This document shows positions 1-15,151 of a DNA stretch of 64,000 nucleotides, one piece after another. The notes below the pieces were generated by a model. It was given only the letters and a program-made list of their open reading frames with translations. It was not told the DNA's origin and searched no databases. Each line of letters begins with the position of its first letter. Positions within the stretch are counted from its first letter, which is position 1. This DNA is from Pseudogymnoascus verrucosus (lineage: Eukaryota): NCBI GenBank assembly GCA_001662655.1, contig KV460206.1; one strand, written 5' to 3'. The translations under genes were made by a program, and so were the position numbers.

Positions 1-799
1 TGGCTCCGCTCACTCAGTCGCCCTTGGCTCCATCCCCATCCCTGGCTTTTCTAGTCACAATGGAGTAGTTGTAGTAGTTTGTGCAGTAGTTGCAGTACTA
101 AAGTAAGTAAGTAAGAGTACTTTAGCAATGAAAGAGGTGAGTTGAGGCCTGTATATATGCAGGACTCTTTCTATGACTTTTGTTGTACTATAATATATGC
201 CTTTTGTATGGTTAATGCCTGCTTAATGCCTACTCGGATGTACCTCGCTTCTACCAGACACCGTTAGACAGGTGGGCTTCGGTTGGCGTCTCTATTTTGA
301 GTATCGTGCGAAGATCATCAGCTCAACCACATCACCCTGTTGACTTCGGCCCTACGAGAGCGTAGACTTTAATACTTTAAACTGGCCTTCATGCCGCCTT
401 CCTTCCAGCCCTCCATCCACCGAGAATCATCACCACCGTAAAGGAATCGTGCTGGTTACGTTCTCTACCGGCCGTTTCCCGTTCCACGACACTCTCGAAA
501 CCCTCGAAACCGCTGTGCGCCCTTCCGTGGTCGCTCATACATCACCCTCGCTACCTATAATCTCCGACTCCGTTGGGGTTGAAGGAATTCCCCAACCAAC
601 GAACCATAAATCCTCACCGGCGAGCATATTACAGACACTGGCCGCCCCCATTCATACACTCGAGTTCGCAGATGCACTGTCTTGGGGTCGCCGGCGCAGT
701 ACAGACCGAATCCCGCTCATAGACAGTCCCAGGGACAGACCCCCACCACAGCAATCGAACACCGACCTCCTCAACACATAGCCATCACCATCACTGACA

Positions 800-3760
800 A
801 TGTCCTCGTCGAACACCTCCCCCGACACCTACTCCAACCCTACCTTCGACTCTATTAATACGACCACGGCCGGACAGTCGACGCACAAGCGGCGCAGAAG
901 CACCGACGACCCAACCTCTCCCAAGGGGGACAACACAGGCAGCGGCACTCCCTCCATAAAGCGGATAGCATGTGTAATATGCAGGAAGAGAAAGCTTAAG
1001 TGCGATGGCAGCAAGCCCAGCTGCTCGACCTGCAAGCGCCTCCACCACGACTGCGCCTACGACGAGGTCCGGCGCAAGAGCGGTCCAAAACGCGGATATG
1101 TGAAGGCCCTCGAGGAGCGACTGAGTATGCCCCCTGGCCATATAGACCCTACCTATCTAACTTCCTACTTTAGAGCAAGTCGAGGAATTGCTTAAGACAC
1201 GGGACCCCTCAGCAGCGAAGAGCCCGGACCTAGCACGCCCAACTTTCCCCCCCGCGAACACCCATACGAGCACGCGGGCCATGCTTGCGACAGCAAACGC
1301 AGATTTCGGTGTCAACAACCCAGATATCGCTGTTGTCAACGACCGAGACCACGAGCGCTGGCACTTTCCCGGCGACTCGCCGCAGCCGGGCATGGAGGAA
1401 CTCGCTTTTGACCCGAACTTGAATATGGGGGGGATGACAATGGACCCAACGTTTACATGGGAGATGATTGGATTGGGCCTTGATGAGCCGCTTCCACCGC
1501 AGGAGACGATTGATGAGTTGCACCAGATTTATTTCGAAAAGATACACCCTTCTGTGCCAATGATACATAAGTATCGTTATTTGGCGGCGATGAACCTGTA
1601 AGTCTACCCATTGTATTCCTGTCTACGCCAAGTTTCGTGGTTGGCGTGATTCCGATTGTCCAGTATGGAAGCTTATGCCACACAGTGCTCCGAATCAACG
1701 GCCACCAGTTTGTCTACGATACGCGATGTGGACATTGGCGTGTTCTGTCACAGACAAATTCTTGGACCTGAAAGACCACTTCTACCAGAGATCTCGCAAA
1801 TACGTTGAGCAGGACTACCTGAAGGGACACGGTGAGCATTTGATATCCGTCGGCCACGCGCAGACTCATATCCTTCTGAGCACGTACGAGTTCAAGATGA
1901 TGTATTTCCCAAGGGCCTGGATGAGTACTGGCTCTGGTATCAGATTATGTCAGATGTAAGTAACTATACCGAGAATAGGGGGTAGCAAATCTAACACTGG
2001 CAGGATGGGTCTACACAGGTTAGACGGGGCAGGACTGGACGTCAAGCAATGCCTCCCGCCGGCACGGGACTGGACGGAGCGGGAAGAACGGCGCAGGACA
2101 TTCTGGATGGCATTTGCGGAGGACCGATACGCCAGTATAGGCACTGGGTGGCCGATGACCATCGACGAGAGGGACGTTCTCACCAATCTCCCCGCGTCAG
2201 AAGAAGCTTTTGAGAAGAGCAAGCCGGAGCAGACCACCTCACTGTCCGACGCATTCGGCCCCAATGGCGCAGAAAAACTCTCCGCGTTCGGCAGCATCGC
2301 CTTGATGGCGGCCCTCTTCGGGCGCAATCTCGTGCATCTTCACCGCCCCGACGCTAATGAGCTCGATTCTGACCTCAACGGCGAGTTCTGGAAGCGTCAT
2401 AGACAGCTGGACAATATATTGCTGAACACGTCGTTGAAGCTACCTGAGCACCTCAAAGTAACGAACGCAAACAACCCAAATATTCACAGCCCGAATATCG
2501 TGTATGCGAATATGAACATCCACACTTCGACTATATGTCTGCATCAGGCAGCTGTATATAAAGCAGATAAGAATCATCTTCCGGCGTCGGTAAGCAAGGA
2601 GAGTAAGATGCGCTGCATTAATGCTGCGAATGAGATCGCGGGTATCATGCGCATGATCTCTCATCTAGACCTGTCAGCTGTATGTTCCCCTCCTCCCACG
2701 AAAAAAATAGTATGAGTACTAACCTGCACAGATGAACCCCTTTATCTCCTTCTGTCTCTACGTCGCCGCGCGTGTCTTCGTGCAGTACCTCAAGAGCCGA
2801 CCGGAGGACAACACGACGGGTGACGCACTGCGATTCCTGTTGGCTGCTATGAACGCAATGAAAGCCAAGAACCCACTCACCGAATCCTTCCTCGTTCAAC
2901 TCGACGTTGACCTGGAGAGTCTCGGACTGCGAGACCCGAAGTACAAGGCCCTTATCAACGGACACTTAAATGTAACCCTCCCCACTGCCCACACCACATT
3001 GAACCTCAATACTAACACACCTCAGAATCCCCAAGCACAGATCTTCAAGGATCGTAATGGCACCGACCCATGCAACTTCCTCAAGATCGTCGACGACGTC
3101 GCGCAACCCGACTCCCCACCTACCTCCACCGCACCCACTACCTCCGGCCCCCCTGTAACCTCTGATCGAGCACCCCCACCCTTCAGTGGCTACACCGACA
3201 ACGCAATGCCCTGGGTCCCCGCCGACCGCGGCTTCCCCAGCCGCCCCGGCGCCGGCACAAACCTAGGCAGCATGCCCGGCCTCGTCGTCCTCCCCAACAC
3301 CAACGACACAACCTACGGCATGCAACGCCACTTCACATCCGAGATGGAAATGGACCTCTCTTCCGGCGACGCCGCCCTCTCCGACCGCCCCACACCCTCC
3401 TCCACCGCCCCCTCCGACGGCCACCGACCTACCAACCTCGCACCAGCGAAGGGATCAGGCCACAGCTCCTTCGAAACCTCACCCGTTGCAAGCCATAACA
3501 CCGGGATTCCAGGGCAGCACCAGAACGGCGCCGCGCAGGGTTTCTACCAGCAGCAGGGCGGCGAGGGATACATACCTGCGCTGCAGAATCAGGGCGGGAT
3601 AGGCTACACGATGGCGGGGTCGCCGGGGCGCGGCGCGGAGTTCGCGGGCGCGCAGTGGGAGATGGCGTCAGCGCTGACGCCGATTGGGGAAGGTATGTTG
3701 AGGGAGCTGATGAGTATTGGGCCGATGGATATGGGGCCGTGGGAAGGGCAGGCTCCTTGA
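800..3760 (+). CDS. Zn(II)2Cys6 binuclear cluster transcription factor with fungal-specific TF domain (multi-exon)
   Basis: CVICRKRKLKCDGSKPSCSTCKRLHHDC zinc cluster and ERRRTFWMAFAEDRYAS motif. GT-AG introns near 1125-1173, 1598-1685, 1956-2003 and 2680-2731, possibly also 2972-3025. Confidence 0.93.
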
Positions 3761-4344
3761 GTGCTAATCGAGCTGCGAGCGAGACTACTGGAGAGCGGTG
3801 GGGGGTGAGGGGTATATATAATACATTAACGGCTTTTATGACGGAGGGACGGAATAGGGGTGGGCGTTTTTACCGGCGAAGGGCTGCCTCACGACTGAGG
3901 TGGTTGAAATATTTTGTTATGCGATATTCAAAGCCTTGGCTCATAGTAGCACCACAAAAAAGGCGAGGTGGCTGGGGTTGGTTGCAAGCGATGGTGCGGA
4001 TAAGGATTTGCTTTTGTTTTTTAATCTGGATGGACTATTGGCTGGGATAACATGAACGAGGGGGGGATTTTCTATGTAAACTTCTTTTGTGGGTTTTGCT
4101 TTGCTATTTTGCTTTTTTAGCACTGAAGGTGTCGCCCGATGAATCGGGAGGGGAATACTTGTATGTATGGAAACTGGGCAAACACACACGCCGCTTATTA
4201 AGAAATACTAAATGTGAGATTTATCACTACATGTCGCCCGTGTACTCGTGAAGCTGCAGAGATAAGTTGACAGTGAAAGTTATATATTAGCTTAATTGTG
4301 CGACCTCAACACATCCCTAAGGAAAGGGTCGATCCACTAATTGC

Positions 4345-5267
4345 TTAGTTTGGCCCTTTTATCTTCCTGTTAACATCTTCAACATACTTTTCATCTCTGT
4401 TAATATCGAAGAATTCAGCGTAATGCATTTCCGTCCTTGAGAGATGTCTATGGAAGTCCTTCGAAAGCGCCATAATCCCATCGTAGACTCCTAGTTGGGT
4501 GATGGCAGGATCAATATTCTCCGGTAACCAAAATGCGAATGTTCCGCTCCCATGCCAGCCGTTGGTGCGGTTGATGTTGATATCTGCCTTCCAAGTCGGA
4601 TACGGCGGGTACTTTCCCTCCAGTTCCTTTAACCGGCTAGCATTAACGGGTCCCAGTCGGCCTTTGGCGCGGATGATGTTGAAGACAGCATCGAGAGAGG
4701 TGAAGCTCCTCTCGATCATGGTCACTAGCCATGTGGAATGTGCATCGTATTGGATCCAGCGATTCTCCACTTCCATATACCATCCCCCTTGCACCAATTG
4801 CATATCTGCGTTAAAACAGTTAAAAACACCTAGCATGCGCATAATCCATCTATGGCAGTCGCTGTCGCGGTTTCCATTATTGTAGTGCACGGGGTGCTCG
4901 AGAGCATTCAAGGAGCATACGCCTTGAAGGCATAGATCCATGAAAGTACCAAAGACGGCAGATTGTAATCTTCCACGGATCACCATTCCACAAAGGATTT
5001 CTCCTGTGTGAAGATATCGAGAAATATCAGTCCGTGGAAGTTCTCCAAAGCAAGCTTCGGACATGATTACGTCCCAACCACGACGGTCCGTGTCATCCTG
5101 CTCATCCTTGATCAGGCCCACCGCAAAATCTTGTTTGGCTTTCAAGGATGCGCCGGCTAGATAGTAGCGTATTAGCATGGACTATATAACTTACGTTGAA
5201 AAATAATATTGAGATATGGGTTTTGAGGATTCTCACCTGGTGGTGGACGTGGATCAGTGGATGGCAT
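4345..5267 (-). CDS. Hypothetical orphan protein (~280 aa, 2 exons)
   Basis: Long open frame 4345-5156. Exon 1 5237-5267 (MPSTDPRPPP) joins in frame through intron 5157-5236 (GTGAGA...GCTAAT...CTAG). No family recognised. Confidence 0.6.
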
Positions 5268-6002
5268 GATTCTAGATCGAGAAGCTGCAAGGATTAAAGT
5301 GGATTTAGGTGTGGCGCATGGACATGGGTGCTCCAGTCGGTGATGCTAGCGTAGTTCGCTTCGAAACTTTAAATCTGACGGGTATGGCTTCTTTCTTTCT
5401 AGAAGTCGAGGATGGGGACTCTTGGGAATAAATACTTGGTCTCGTCGTGTGAGTCATGTCATCATACGATGTAGACAAACTTGAAAAATGTCCCACGAAT
5501 TTCAGGGGATCGGACATCGCTTTTGAGAATGGCTGGAAACTAGCTCACCTCGACTCAGAGCTTAGATACTGGCGCCATAATCGCCGAGTTCTGGACCTGA
5601 GGCACTGGGGACATAAAATAGATCACTAATGGAACGTACCGCCTTTATTGGACCTTTAAATGATTAGCTTCTTGAGAGGGTCCACTGTAAGGATTACTGC
5701 TCACAGTGATTATGAGCCTCTGTTTAATGTGTGGTTACTGTAAACGCATAAGCAAGGAATAGAGTCTATAAGCTGTTCATTGCCTCTTGATCACTGTTAT
5801 GCACAGTCCCTTTCTTAGACTCTGGGCGATACAAGTAGGATATACTTTTGCTATCAATAGGTGCCTTCAACAGGCTTCGTTTCATGATGACCTCCTTGGG
5901 ACTATAATTTTCCCAACTACTCCTTTCTCCAAGCCGTGGCTCCCAACCAACTCCAGACAATACAGTTATTGTGCGTGATACTCATACATCCATATCCATA
6001 CC

Positions 6003-7229
6003 TTAAGCACCCCCACCTTCCTCTCCCTCCTGCGCCTTCGCCTTACTCTTCTTAAACCCCTCCTTCCCCTCACTCAAATACGCCTCCACGGTCTGACCCG
6101 CAAAGCTCCGCCCATTCATAACACGTACGCACTCCGCGGCAGCCGCCTCATCTCTAAACCTCACGCTCGCGATGCCTGCCTCCTCAAGGTCGAATAGCAC
6201 AACATTCGTCACCTCACCAAGCTTCGCGCACTCCTCGCGGATATCCTCTTTGATATCCAGCATCGCAGCCGGGTCCTCCTCCAGCTCCTCTAGTGTGAAC
6301 ATGTGCTTCAGCACCACAAGTTTCTGCGGTTTCGGCCCAGCCTCATACAGTACCTGTGGGTCATCATCATCCCAGTCCGCAAGCCTCGCATCTAGCTTCT
6401 GCGTCTTCTTAATAATCTTCGCCTTATCGCGCGCACTCGTCTTCGCCCTCTCCCTCGCTGCCTCCTTATCAACTGTGCTGGTACTACCACTCCCCTCATC
6501 CACCTTCGTCTTCTTATAACTGCTATCCGCCGCCATCACGCGCATCTTTCCGCTGCCGCCCAAATCCGAGTACCGGAAATCCGTGTCGTCTAACAGCGTG
6601 ATGGCCATGTTCACGCTGGGCGCTTTGAAGAACACAATCAGCGCGTCGCCCTTGAATGCTCCGCTGTCATCTGTGTACAATTTGATTCGTGGGCGCCCGC
6701 TGTCGATCTCCTCAGCGATCACGCCGCATTTGCGCGAGAAGACTTCGGCGACCTCGTCGATGGTTACGTCGCGCGGGAGGCCAGTTACGTAGACTGCGGT
6801 ATTGGGTCGTGGTGGGAGGGGTGCCTTCGCTTTCTTGGGCGCTTTTACGGCGCGTCCACCGTTATCCTGTGCTAGTTAGCAACAGCACCTTATGAGCTGG
6901 AGATAAAGGGCAAGAGGATAGAGAGCGCTACTCACTTCTTCTCCATTGACATGCTCCTTCTTCCTCTTCCTCCTCATATCCTCCACGGTCTCCTCCTCAT
7001 CCACCCCCTGCACTTTATAAGCCGCCTGCTGCTGTGCCGCTAGTTCATCATCGAGGACTGGGATCCACCGCCGCAGCGCGTCGTCGAATTCGTACTCGGA
7101 GCCATCGTCGGCGACGAGGAGGAACTTTTGGTCGAGCTTGGAATACGAGATGCGGTCGTCCGCATCGAAGGCTTGGGGGTCAATGGGAAAGGACGAGAGT
7201 CCGTGATTTATCGGCGATTGGTTGTCCAT
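6003..7229 (-). CDS. U2 snRNP-associated RRM/UHM protein (Cus2/Uap2/HTATSF1 family)
   Basis: RIKLYTD..FKGDALIVF RRM and VVLKHMFTLEELEEDPAAMLDIKEDIREECAKLGEVTNV UHM. Intron 6867-6935. Confidence 0.92.
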
Positions 7230-7607
7230 GGCGGGGACTTGATTGAGGGGATAGCGAGCGTGGTTTTGTGTACGGATGGGGATGGGATATCTTGGAAATC
7301 GAAGGGTAAGGCTGCCTCCCGGTTACACCGCCTTGGCAGAACACATCTATCAGCGTAGCCTCGTCTCCATGATAAACTGGGAGATATTTAGCTAGAACAT
7401 AGCCTGGATAACACGATGTGTAGTAAAATCTTCAATTATGCTATATACTAATAGGAAACTATTCGAGTATAACCATTTAATAATAAGTTGCCCAAACTCC
7501 TTTTCATTATGGGTTGGATGGTAACATCCTTTGAACCTGTGAACCCCATGCTGTGTCCCCAAACGCCGACGCTAAGTCCCAATGAGACTACTTAAGACCA
7601 AATTTGA

Positions 7608-10600
7608 CTATGTACGAGACCCCCTGAAAAGAACATCTACTATTTCGTCCAAGAAAGTAAACATGAGATGAGAACTGTAATCATATTAGAAAGTGTGCCA
7701 TGCAAGGGGCTGTGTATCACTTACTTCAACCGGGGATTATTAAGCGTAGCAAATATCCTCCTGCTTGCAGCTTGTGCATTAACACGCCCAACGACATTCC
7801 CAACTAGATCCGGAATGAGTGTTGCTAGCATAAGGCTTGCCTCTGTCCTTGTCTTGGCTTTCTGTGCCGCCGTCCGCTGCACCATCTCACGTTTCTTCCC
7901 TCCAGGCCACATGGTGTCTTTTATCAACGTGATATACCTCATGATTGAATCCTCCAGGACCAAAGTCTTGACATTTTCTCTGACTTTCCGCTCGATAGTC
8001 CCGCCGAGCAGCTGGTGCAAGACCACAACGACGGCTCGGCCTCGGAGCCAGTTATTTCCGCGGTTGAGCTCGAAGACCTCCAAGAAGATGTCGCAGATAG
8101 GCTTGACGAATGGCTCGAGTTCGCGGTTCTCAAAAGCATTTAGCTCCGCTTCAGCCTCGGCTGCTGTCATTGGGTCCTCGCTGACAAGGGGTGGCATGGT
8201 GGTCAGTTGGTTGGTAGCTGCAGATATGAGATTCTGGCCTGCCGTTGACAACTGATCGAGGACTGGGATATTTCCAAGAATATCTTCCATCCCGTCTGTG
8301 ACCGAGTTGTAGAAGCGAGTCATCATATCCTGTTTATCTTCCAAGTTACTAGGCGCTTCCGTACCAGGAGCAATGGCGCTCTGTGACAGGAAAGAGCGTA
8401 GATCCCGGCTGCGACAGACGTCTGGCAATAGCAGTAGCTCTCGCAGATATTTCTCTAGAGCAAGGCGGCGTTTGTGCAGAAAATCGCTCTGCAGTTTCAT
8501 AACCATCCGCCTCCGGGGAAAGTCGAGATGGCGAACAGAAGGATACTTCTCACGAAGTTTCTGGTGCAGTTCGAGAAACTCGCTGTATCGGCGAGTGACT
8601 GCCCAAGATGCAGCAATCATCTGCTCGCCGGCTTTCCGTTGGACTTCGACGACATATATCGCGAATTCTCGGCCATCATCATCCTTACCGACCATGATAG
8701 ACTTAATCCTAATCGTGGAGCGGCCATATAAGCTGTTATCGCTCTCTTGCACAACATATTGCTGTCTTTGAAGCTCCTTACGCCTGATCTCGCGTTGCAA
8801 GCTGGCCTTCGACTTCCGTAAAATCCGTAGCTCTGCTGTATTGTTGGTAAGCTCGGCCTTTCGGGTGAGAGATTCCACAACTGCATTTTGTGCAATCAAA
8901 CGCTCGATGTCGGTAGTAAGGACTGTTATAGCTTCCGCAAGACCCAAGTCGCCGGGAGCTGCCTCGTGGATTTGGTCACTGACGTCCTCTTTATCCTCAT
9001 CCGGATCATCATGTTCGTCAGATAGAAATTTCTCCTCGTCGCCAAATAAGTCGTCATCTGTAAAGACTCCAATACGTGACGATGTGTTCACAAGTCCAAG
9101 AGATGCAATGTTTGGCCTGCCACCTTCTTTCTGTGACGAGTCATGAGCTTGAACATCAATTGAGCTCCGCGGGGACACCTCTGCCTTGCCAAACAAAAGG
9201 CTTGTGGCAGGAGAATCCCCATTATCGAATAAGGAGCCACGCAAGTCGTCAACATTAGGGGCATCTTCCATGATATCGTTCAGCGCTGCTTCCATTGCCT
9301 TGACAATCTGATTATCTGGCGCAGCTGACCCGTCATGATGGTCTATATCCTGGTCCAGACTCTGTACGGAACCAGCAAGAGCCTCGCTATCCGCATCATC
9401 ATCATCAAAAAGCGGCGAATCACCATCACCATCAAGAGAGCGGCGGGAATTTGCGAGATCCATAACATTACGCCGCTGCATACTTGGTAGGTCGGCAGAT
9501 GACTGCGATGCGCGATGTAATGCAATCTTCCTTTGTGGTTGCCGTAACGAGACTCTGGATACCGCCTTGGGCTTTGGATGAAGTGATTGGGGGGTATCAA
9601 TTCTAGGCGGCAGAGATGGCCTGTCTTGGTCGTCGAATGGATTATGTGACATTGATGCCTTTGTGTTTTTCGAAGCCTCCTGTGAAGTTAGGTACTTGTA
9701 AAAGAGGTCTGATTTCTTGAATCCATCAAAGTATTTGCCCTTCATCTTTTCTAGGGCGCTTGTCTGCGCAAGCAATATAGTCCTGCGCGCAGCATAGTAC
9801 TGTTCTTGGGAAGCACCCTTTCCAGCCTTCAAAAAGGTTCTTACGGATTGCTTTGATGACTCCGATATGTTCAGCTCAGGCCTGGATAAGTATGCTTCAT
9901 GGATCTGTGCAAGATCTAATCGGTCTGCATCAGTCCATGGCGGCAAGTTTGGAGGAACTTCATCGTCGTCAGTTGGGTCCTCCTCGAGTGGATTCCGAAA
10001 GCCATCAACAACAATCCAGAACTGCACAAGAGGCATGACCCTCTGTCTGTCCATATACTCCATAAAATATGACAGTGCTGATGAATCATGCAAAATATCC
10101 ACAAGCGACGCATTGTTAAGATCTGAGCTCGGTCCATTATTTGAGGAAAAATCCGGAATATTATTTCCGTTCGCGCTCCAGTTTCCTGACGCCAGATGGT
10201 TCACTCTTTGATCTAATATCTTCTTGGCTATTTCCAGGCGGCGGAGATAGACCGAATCCGCGGCCTCAAGTTGAGAATCTCGTTTCAGCTGACTTGACAC
10301 TTCACTTCGAAACCGGCGAGCATCTGATAAGTTATTGACCTTGCGAGCGGCACGTATGAACTTCTCGAATTTCCGCTCGTTATCATTCGGCGAGAGTCGT
10401 GGGAAGGGCAGGGACCGCTTCTCCTTCGGCGCCGGAGACGCGTGCTGATCAAGAGCCGCACGCAACTTCCGCACCGTCGATCGGTCTTGGAGCATCGACC
10501 GGCCGTAATTCTCCATAACTTGGTTCCAGGTATCAGGATCAGATGTTACCTGCATCACTGGGAACAGGACGGCGCAGCTCACCAGCTCCTCGATGAGTAC

Positions 10601-11362
10601 TGACACCACTTTGCTCGATATCAGGCTATCTGGCACCACTTTGGGGATTATTTCCTTCGCTAAAGTCCGCAGATGCTCCTGCTGCACAAGCCGTGTATCT
10701 GAATATGCCAGCGATGCTGCTGGGTGTAGCTTCCCATCTCTGTATTTTGCGGCGATCGCAAGGTCCAACTCTTCTGATTCCGTGACATTCCGATTAAGGT
10801 GCTTCCCCCGTACGACCCGCTCCGCATCGTAGAAATCCTTAAAGTGAGCCGTGAGTATCGGCACGAATCGCTCGACCACCACCTCGACCAGGTCGATTGA
10901 TAACAGCCTGTCCCTGATATCGATGAGCGCATCCCTTATCCCGTTGTCGACCTCGTTCGTGAAGCTTGGGTTGCGACTTATGCTCGAGTACCAGGACTTG
11001 ACGAAATCCCGCACTATATATTCGAGCAGCTCGTCGAGAGAGGCGGATATGAGGAAGGACTCTGGGTATAATGGTCGCGGGTCGTATGGTTGTCGACTTG
11101 GGAGCTTCGCAAGTTCCTCCCGCCATGTTTCTGCGCCCAGGAAATCGGGTCCTCGGGGGCGAACGACTCTGCTTCTTGAGCCATAACTAGAACCCCTCGT
11201 AGTCGTCAGGACAATCGCTGCGAGTCCAAGGACGGTGACCAGGATGCCCGCCACGAACGCCCAAGCTGTCCAGCGCAGGGACGGTATTAGGCTGGTGACC
11301 CCTCCCCAGGCGAAGAAAATGGCGATCCCTGCTAGGATCACATCTCTTCTGCTCAGGGCCAT
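7608..11362 (-). CDS. MDM1: PXA-RGS-PX-nexin C-terminal sorting nexin (Mdm1/SNX13-14-25 family)
   Basis: Two N-terminal TM helices, PXA (IVRDFVKSWYSSIS), RGS (LSYFMEYMDRQ..VQFWIVV), PX (VTRRYSEFLELHQKL) and nexin-C (NNWLRGRAVVVVL). Last intron 7675-7724 gives the C-terminus NSHLMFTFLDEIVDVLF. Confidence 0.92.
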
Positions 11363-11616
11363 AGTCTATGTGGACTATTCGTCGTTTTGTTCGTCATCAT
11401 ATGGGGTAGCAACGAGAGCTCTCGTTATCTGATAGGCATGTGCTACTACAGGTGCGGTCCGGTGGTCGCGTAATTATATTGCCGCGCGGAATCAAAGGTG
11501 AGACATCAAGTCCAAACATATTTCACGACTTTACTCATTCATACAAATATACGAACACTAGAGGATAATATTAACTTGACAGTCATGAAAATTGAACTAT
11601 GCTTTGAATTTATGAC

Positions 11617-12593
<977 letters not shown>

Positions 12594-13030
12594 GATGCCT
12601 AGTATAGAATATAGGTCGCCTGGTGCAAATGAGTTATGTTGTTGGTGGACAGAGTAATGACGCAAATATAGTGAGACCTGGCGGCTTGCAAGTCCAAAGA
12701 TTATTCACGTTATCGGCCATCTTTATCTTAGCGCCTTTCGCTGACACGCATGACGACGGGTAAGGACCCCTGTACCCGTCAAGGTCGTGCTGTTACTCTT
12801 ACTTAACTTTCACTCCCCGCCAGGCAAGAGCTGATCAGCGCAAAGTGATAGATCTTCTTTCTGTGCCATTCCCATCCGCTGATCAGGTCTTCGCCAAACT
12901 CCCATATCCTGCGGAGGAGTCTCAGCTGAGAAGACGACAATAATCGTGCACAGACTTCGGATCTAATCAACCGTGAACACTGAGGGGGAACTACTATCGC
13001 TCGTGTGCACACATCGCAAGCTCGGCGAAG

Positions 13031-13482
13031 ATGTCGTGGTCATCTATCCTCCCCAGCAACCTTGAGTACATAGAGGTCTGGATCACTCGGTTATTTGTAA
13101 GTTAGGATTTATTCATGTTCCTACTTTGGAATATCTACTTGAGCGATAGCTGACGTTATCACAGCTTATTCTCGCCGGCTTAGTGCTGGGACCATGGCTC
13201 CTACTCGTAGTCTACGACTTCTTCGTTTACATCTTCCGAATAGTCGCATATGAGATCCCTTTCATCGGTGGAAGAGCTCAGAACCGCCCAAGGCCACGAG
13301 CACCGAGCTTGAGTGAGCGACCAAGCGGAGAGCCTCGGGAGTTCAGGATGTCGGTACCGGTCATATCTATACCACCAGAAGCAGGGCAACAAGACGAGCA
13401 AGGTGGAGCAGAGAGCATGCAAAGACTTCAGGAAGGCCGGAACCGTCGGAGGAGGCCTCAGAATCCTCCGCCAAATGAATAA
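13031..13482 (+). CDS. Small membrane protein of unknown function (2 exons)
   Basis: MSWSSILPSNLEYIEVWITRLF, intron ~13097-13164 (GTAAGT..CTGAC..CAG), then hydrophobic LGPWLLLVVYDFFVYIFR and GGRAQNRPRPRAPSL. Confidence 0.75.
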
Positions 13483-13506
13483 CTGTCTACTTTTCGTCTA
13501 TCATAA

Positions 13507-14678
13507 TTATAGCTGGGCAACGACCTTCAGTAGATCTCCCACGACACCCATAGCGGTTACCTCGCCTCCCGCGCCACTGCCCTGGACAATAAGAGGGCTG
13601 GCACTATATCTCTTCGTGTAGAAGCTTATGATGTTATCACTTCCCTTCAGCGCCGCAATCGGGTGCGACTTGTCGAACATCTCTAGCCCGACCTTGACCT
13701 CGCCCTTAGCCACATCGATACTCCCCACGAACCTGACGACCTTTCCTTGCGCCTGGGCAGCAAGCTTCACCTCTTCCATCTGCGAGTCGAACTCGGGCAG
13801 TCTCTGCATAAACTCGTCTCCGCTGGAGCAGCTCTCAAGCTCCTTGGGGATCAAGCTCTGCACCGGGAAAGAGGTAGGCGACTCGATCTTCAACCCAACA
13901 AGTCTCGCCAAGATAGTCAGCTTCCTCGCAACATCCAGGCCGTTCAAATCATCTCTTGGATCCGGCTCAGTATACCCAAGCTCCTTAGCCTTCTTAACCT
14001 CCGCAGCCCACTTCCCGCCCTCCCCCTCCGTCGGCGCAAACGAGTTAAACAAGAACGACATGGTCCCGCTAAACACGCCCTCGATCTTGGTAACCTCATC
14101 CCCCGTCTCCACCAAATCCTTCACCGTAGAGATAACCGGCAACCCGGCCCCAACCGAACTCTCATGATAAACCTTCGCTCCCGACTTCGCCGCCGCCCCA
14201 AAGATAGCCTCCCACAGCGCATACGATCCCGAGAACGCCTTCTTATTCGGCGTCACGACACTAACCCCCTTGGCCAGGAACTCCGGGTACTGATCCGCCA
14301 CATCCTGCGCACTGGTATTATCAACCACCACCGCCTTCCCGGGTGCCGCAGCGAGGTACTCAATCAGCTTCGCCGTCGAGAGGACGTCTTGCTTCGATGC
14401 TGCCACTGTCTCGGCGCTGGTGTCGAGCGAGAGGGGGGCATAGTCCGCGCTGTAGATGTTGGTCTTGCTGCGCGACATGAAGACGACTGCCAGAGCTGGG
14501 TTACGCGGGTTCTTGGCCAGACGCTCGGTGACGCCCTTGAGTTGTGAGAGGAAGCATTTTCCTACCCCGCCCACGCCTGGGATTCGTCAGTGGGTTGCTC
14601 AATGCTAGAGATGGAGGGGGGGGAGGAGTAGAGTTACATACCGATGATACCAATGAAAACAGTCTTTTGAGCAGCCAT
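13507..14678 (-). CDS. HOM6: Homoserine dehydrogenase
   Basis: IGIIGVGGVGK Rossmann motif across intron 14577-14641. VVTPNKK, ESSVGAGLP and GYTEPDPRDDLNGLDVARK motifs. Confidence 0.97.
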
Positions 14679-15151
14679 TTTGACGTGATTGTATGGGATT
14701 GATTTGTCTTTAATTGTTGTTTTTACTTTAAATTCCCAAGCTTGGAGGGAGAGCGATTGCGTGAATCGGAGGTTGGCGGGCCATTACATACTGCCAATAG
14801 TGGGGGTTTGGTAGGGTGGTGGGGGGGGGATGCCGCTAAGCTGGTTTGGGTGCGTGTTCTGCCACCGCCGTGGACATCGAAACCGCGTGGTTCGATGTCG
14901 CGAACATCTATCTACCTATCTAGCAGCTTGCGAACTGCACGACAATACCTCCAATTCACCCCCGAAATTCACCCACCCTATCCCACAGATGCCTCTTCAA
15001 ACGTCGACATAACCAACCCCTTGATCCCGCGCCCCTACCCACTAAAAATACAACCTCCACTGCGCCACCCGTTTCTCGATCTCACACCCGAACATCCCCC
15101 CACGACACGCCTCACCTCACCTCACCACACCGCAACAGAGAAAAACAAACC

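Noticed and set aside
13507..13518. HOM6 C-terminal -AQL as a PTS1
   Set aside because: Weak variant without upstream basic residues, and the enzyme is normally cytosolic.
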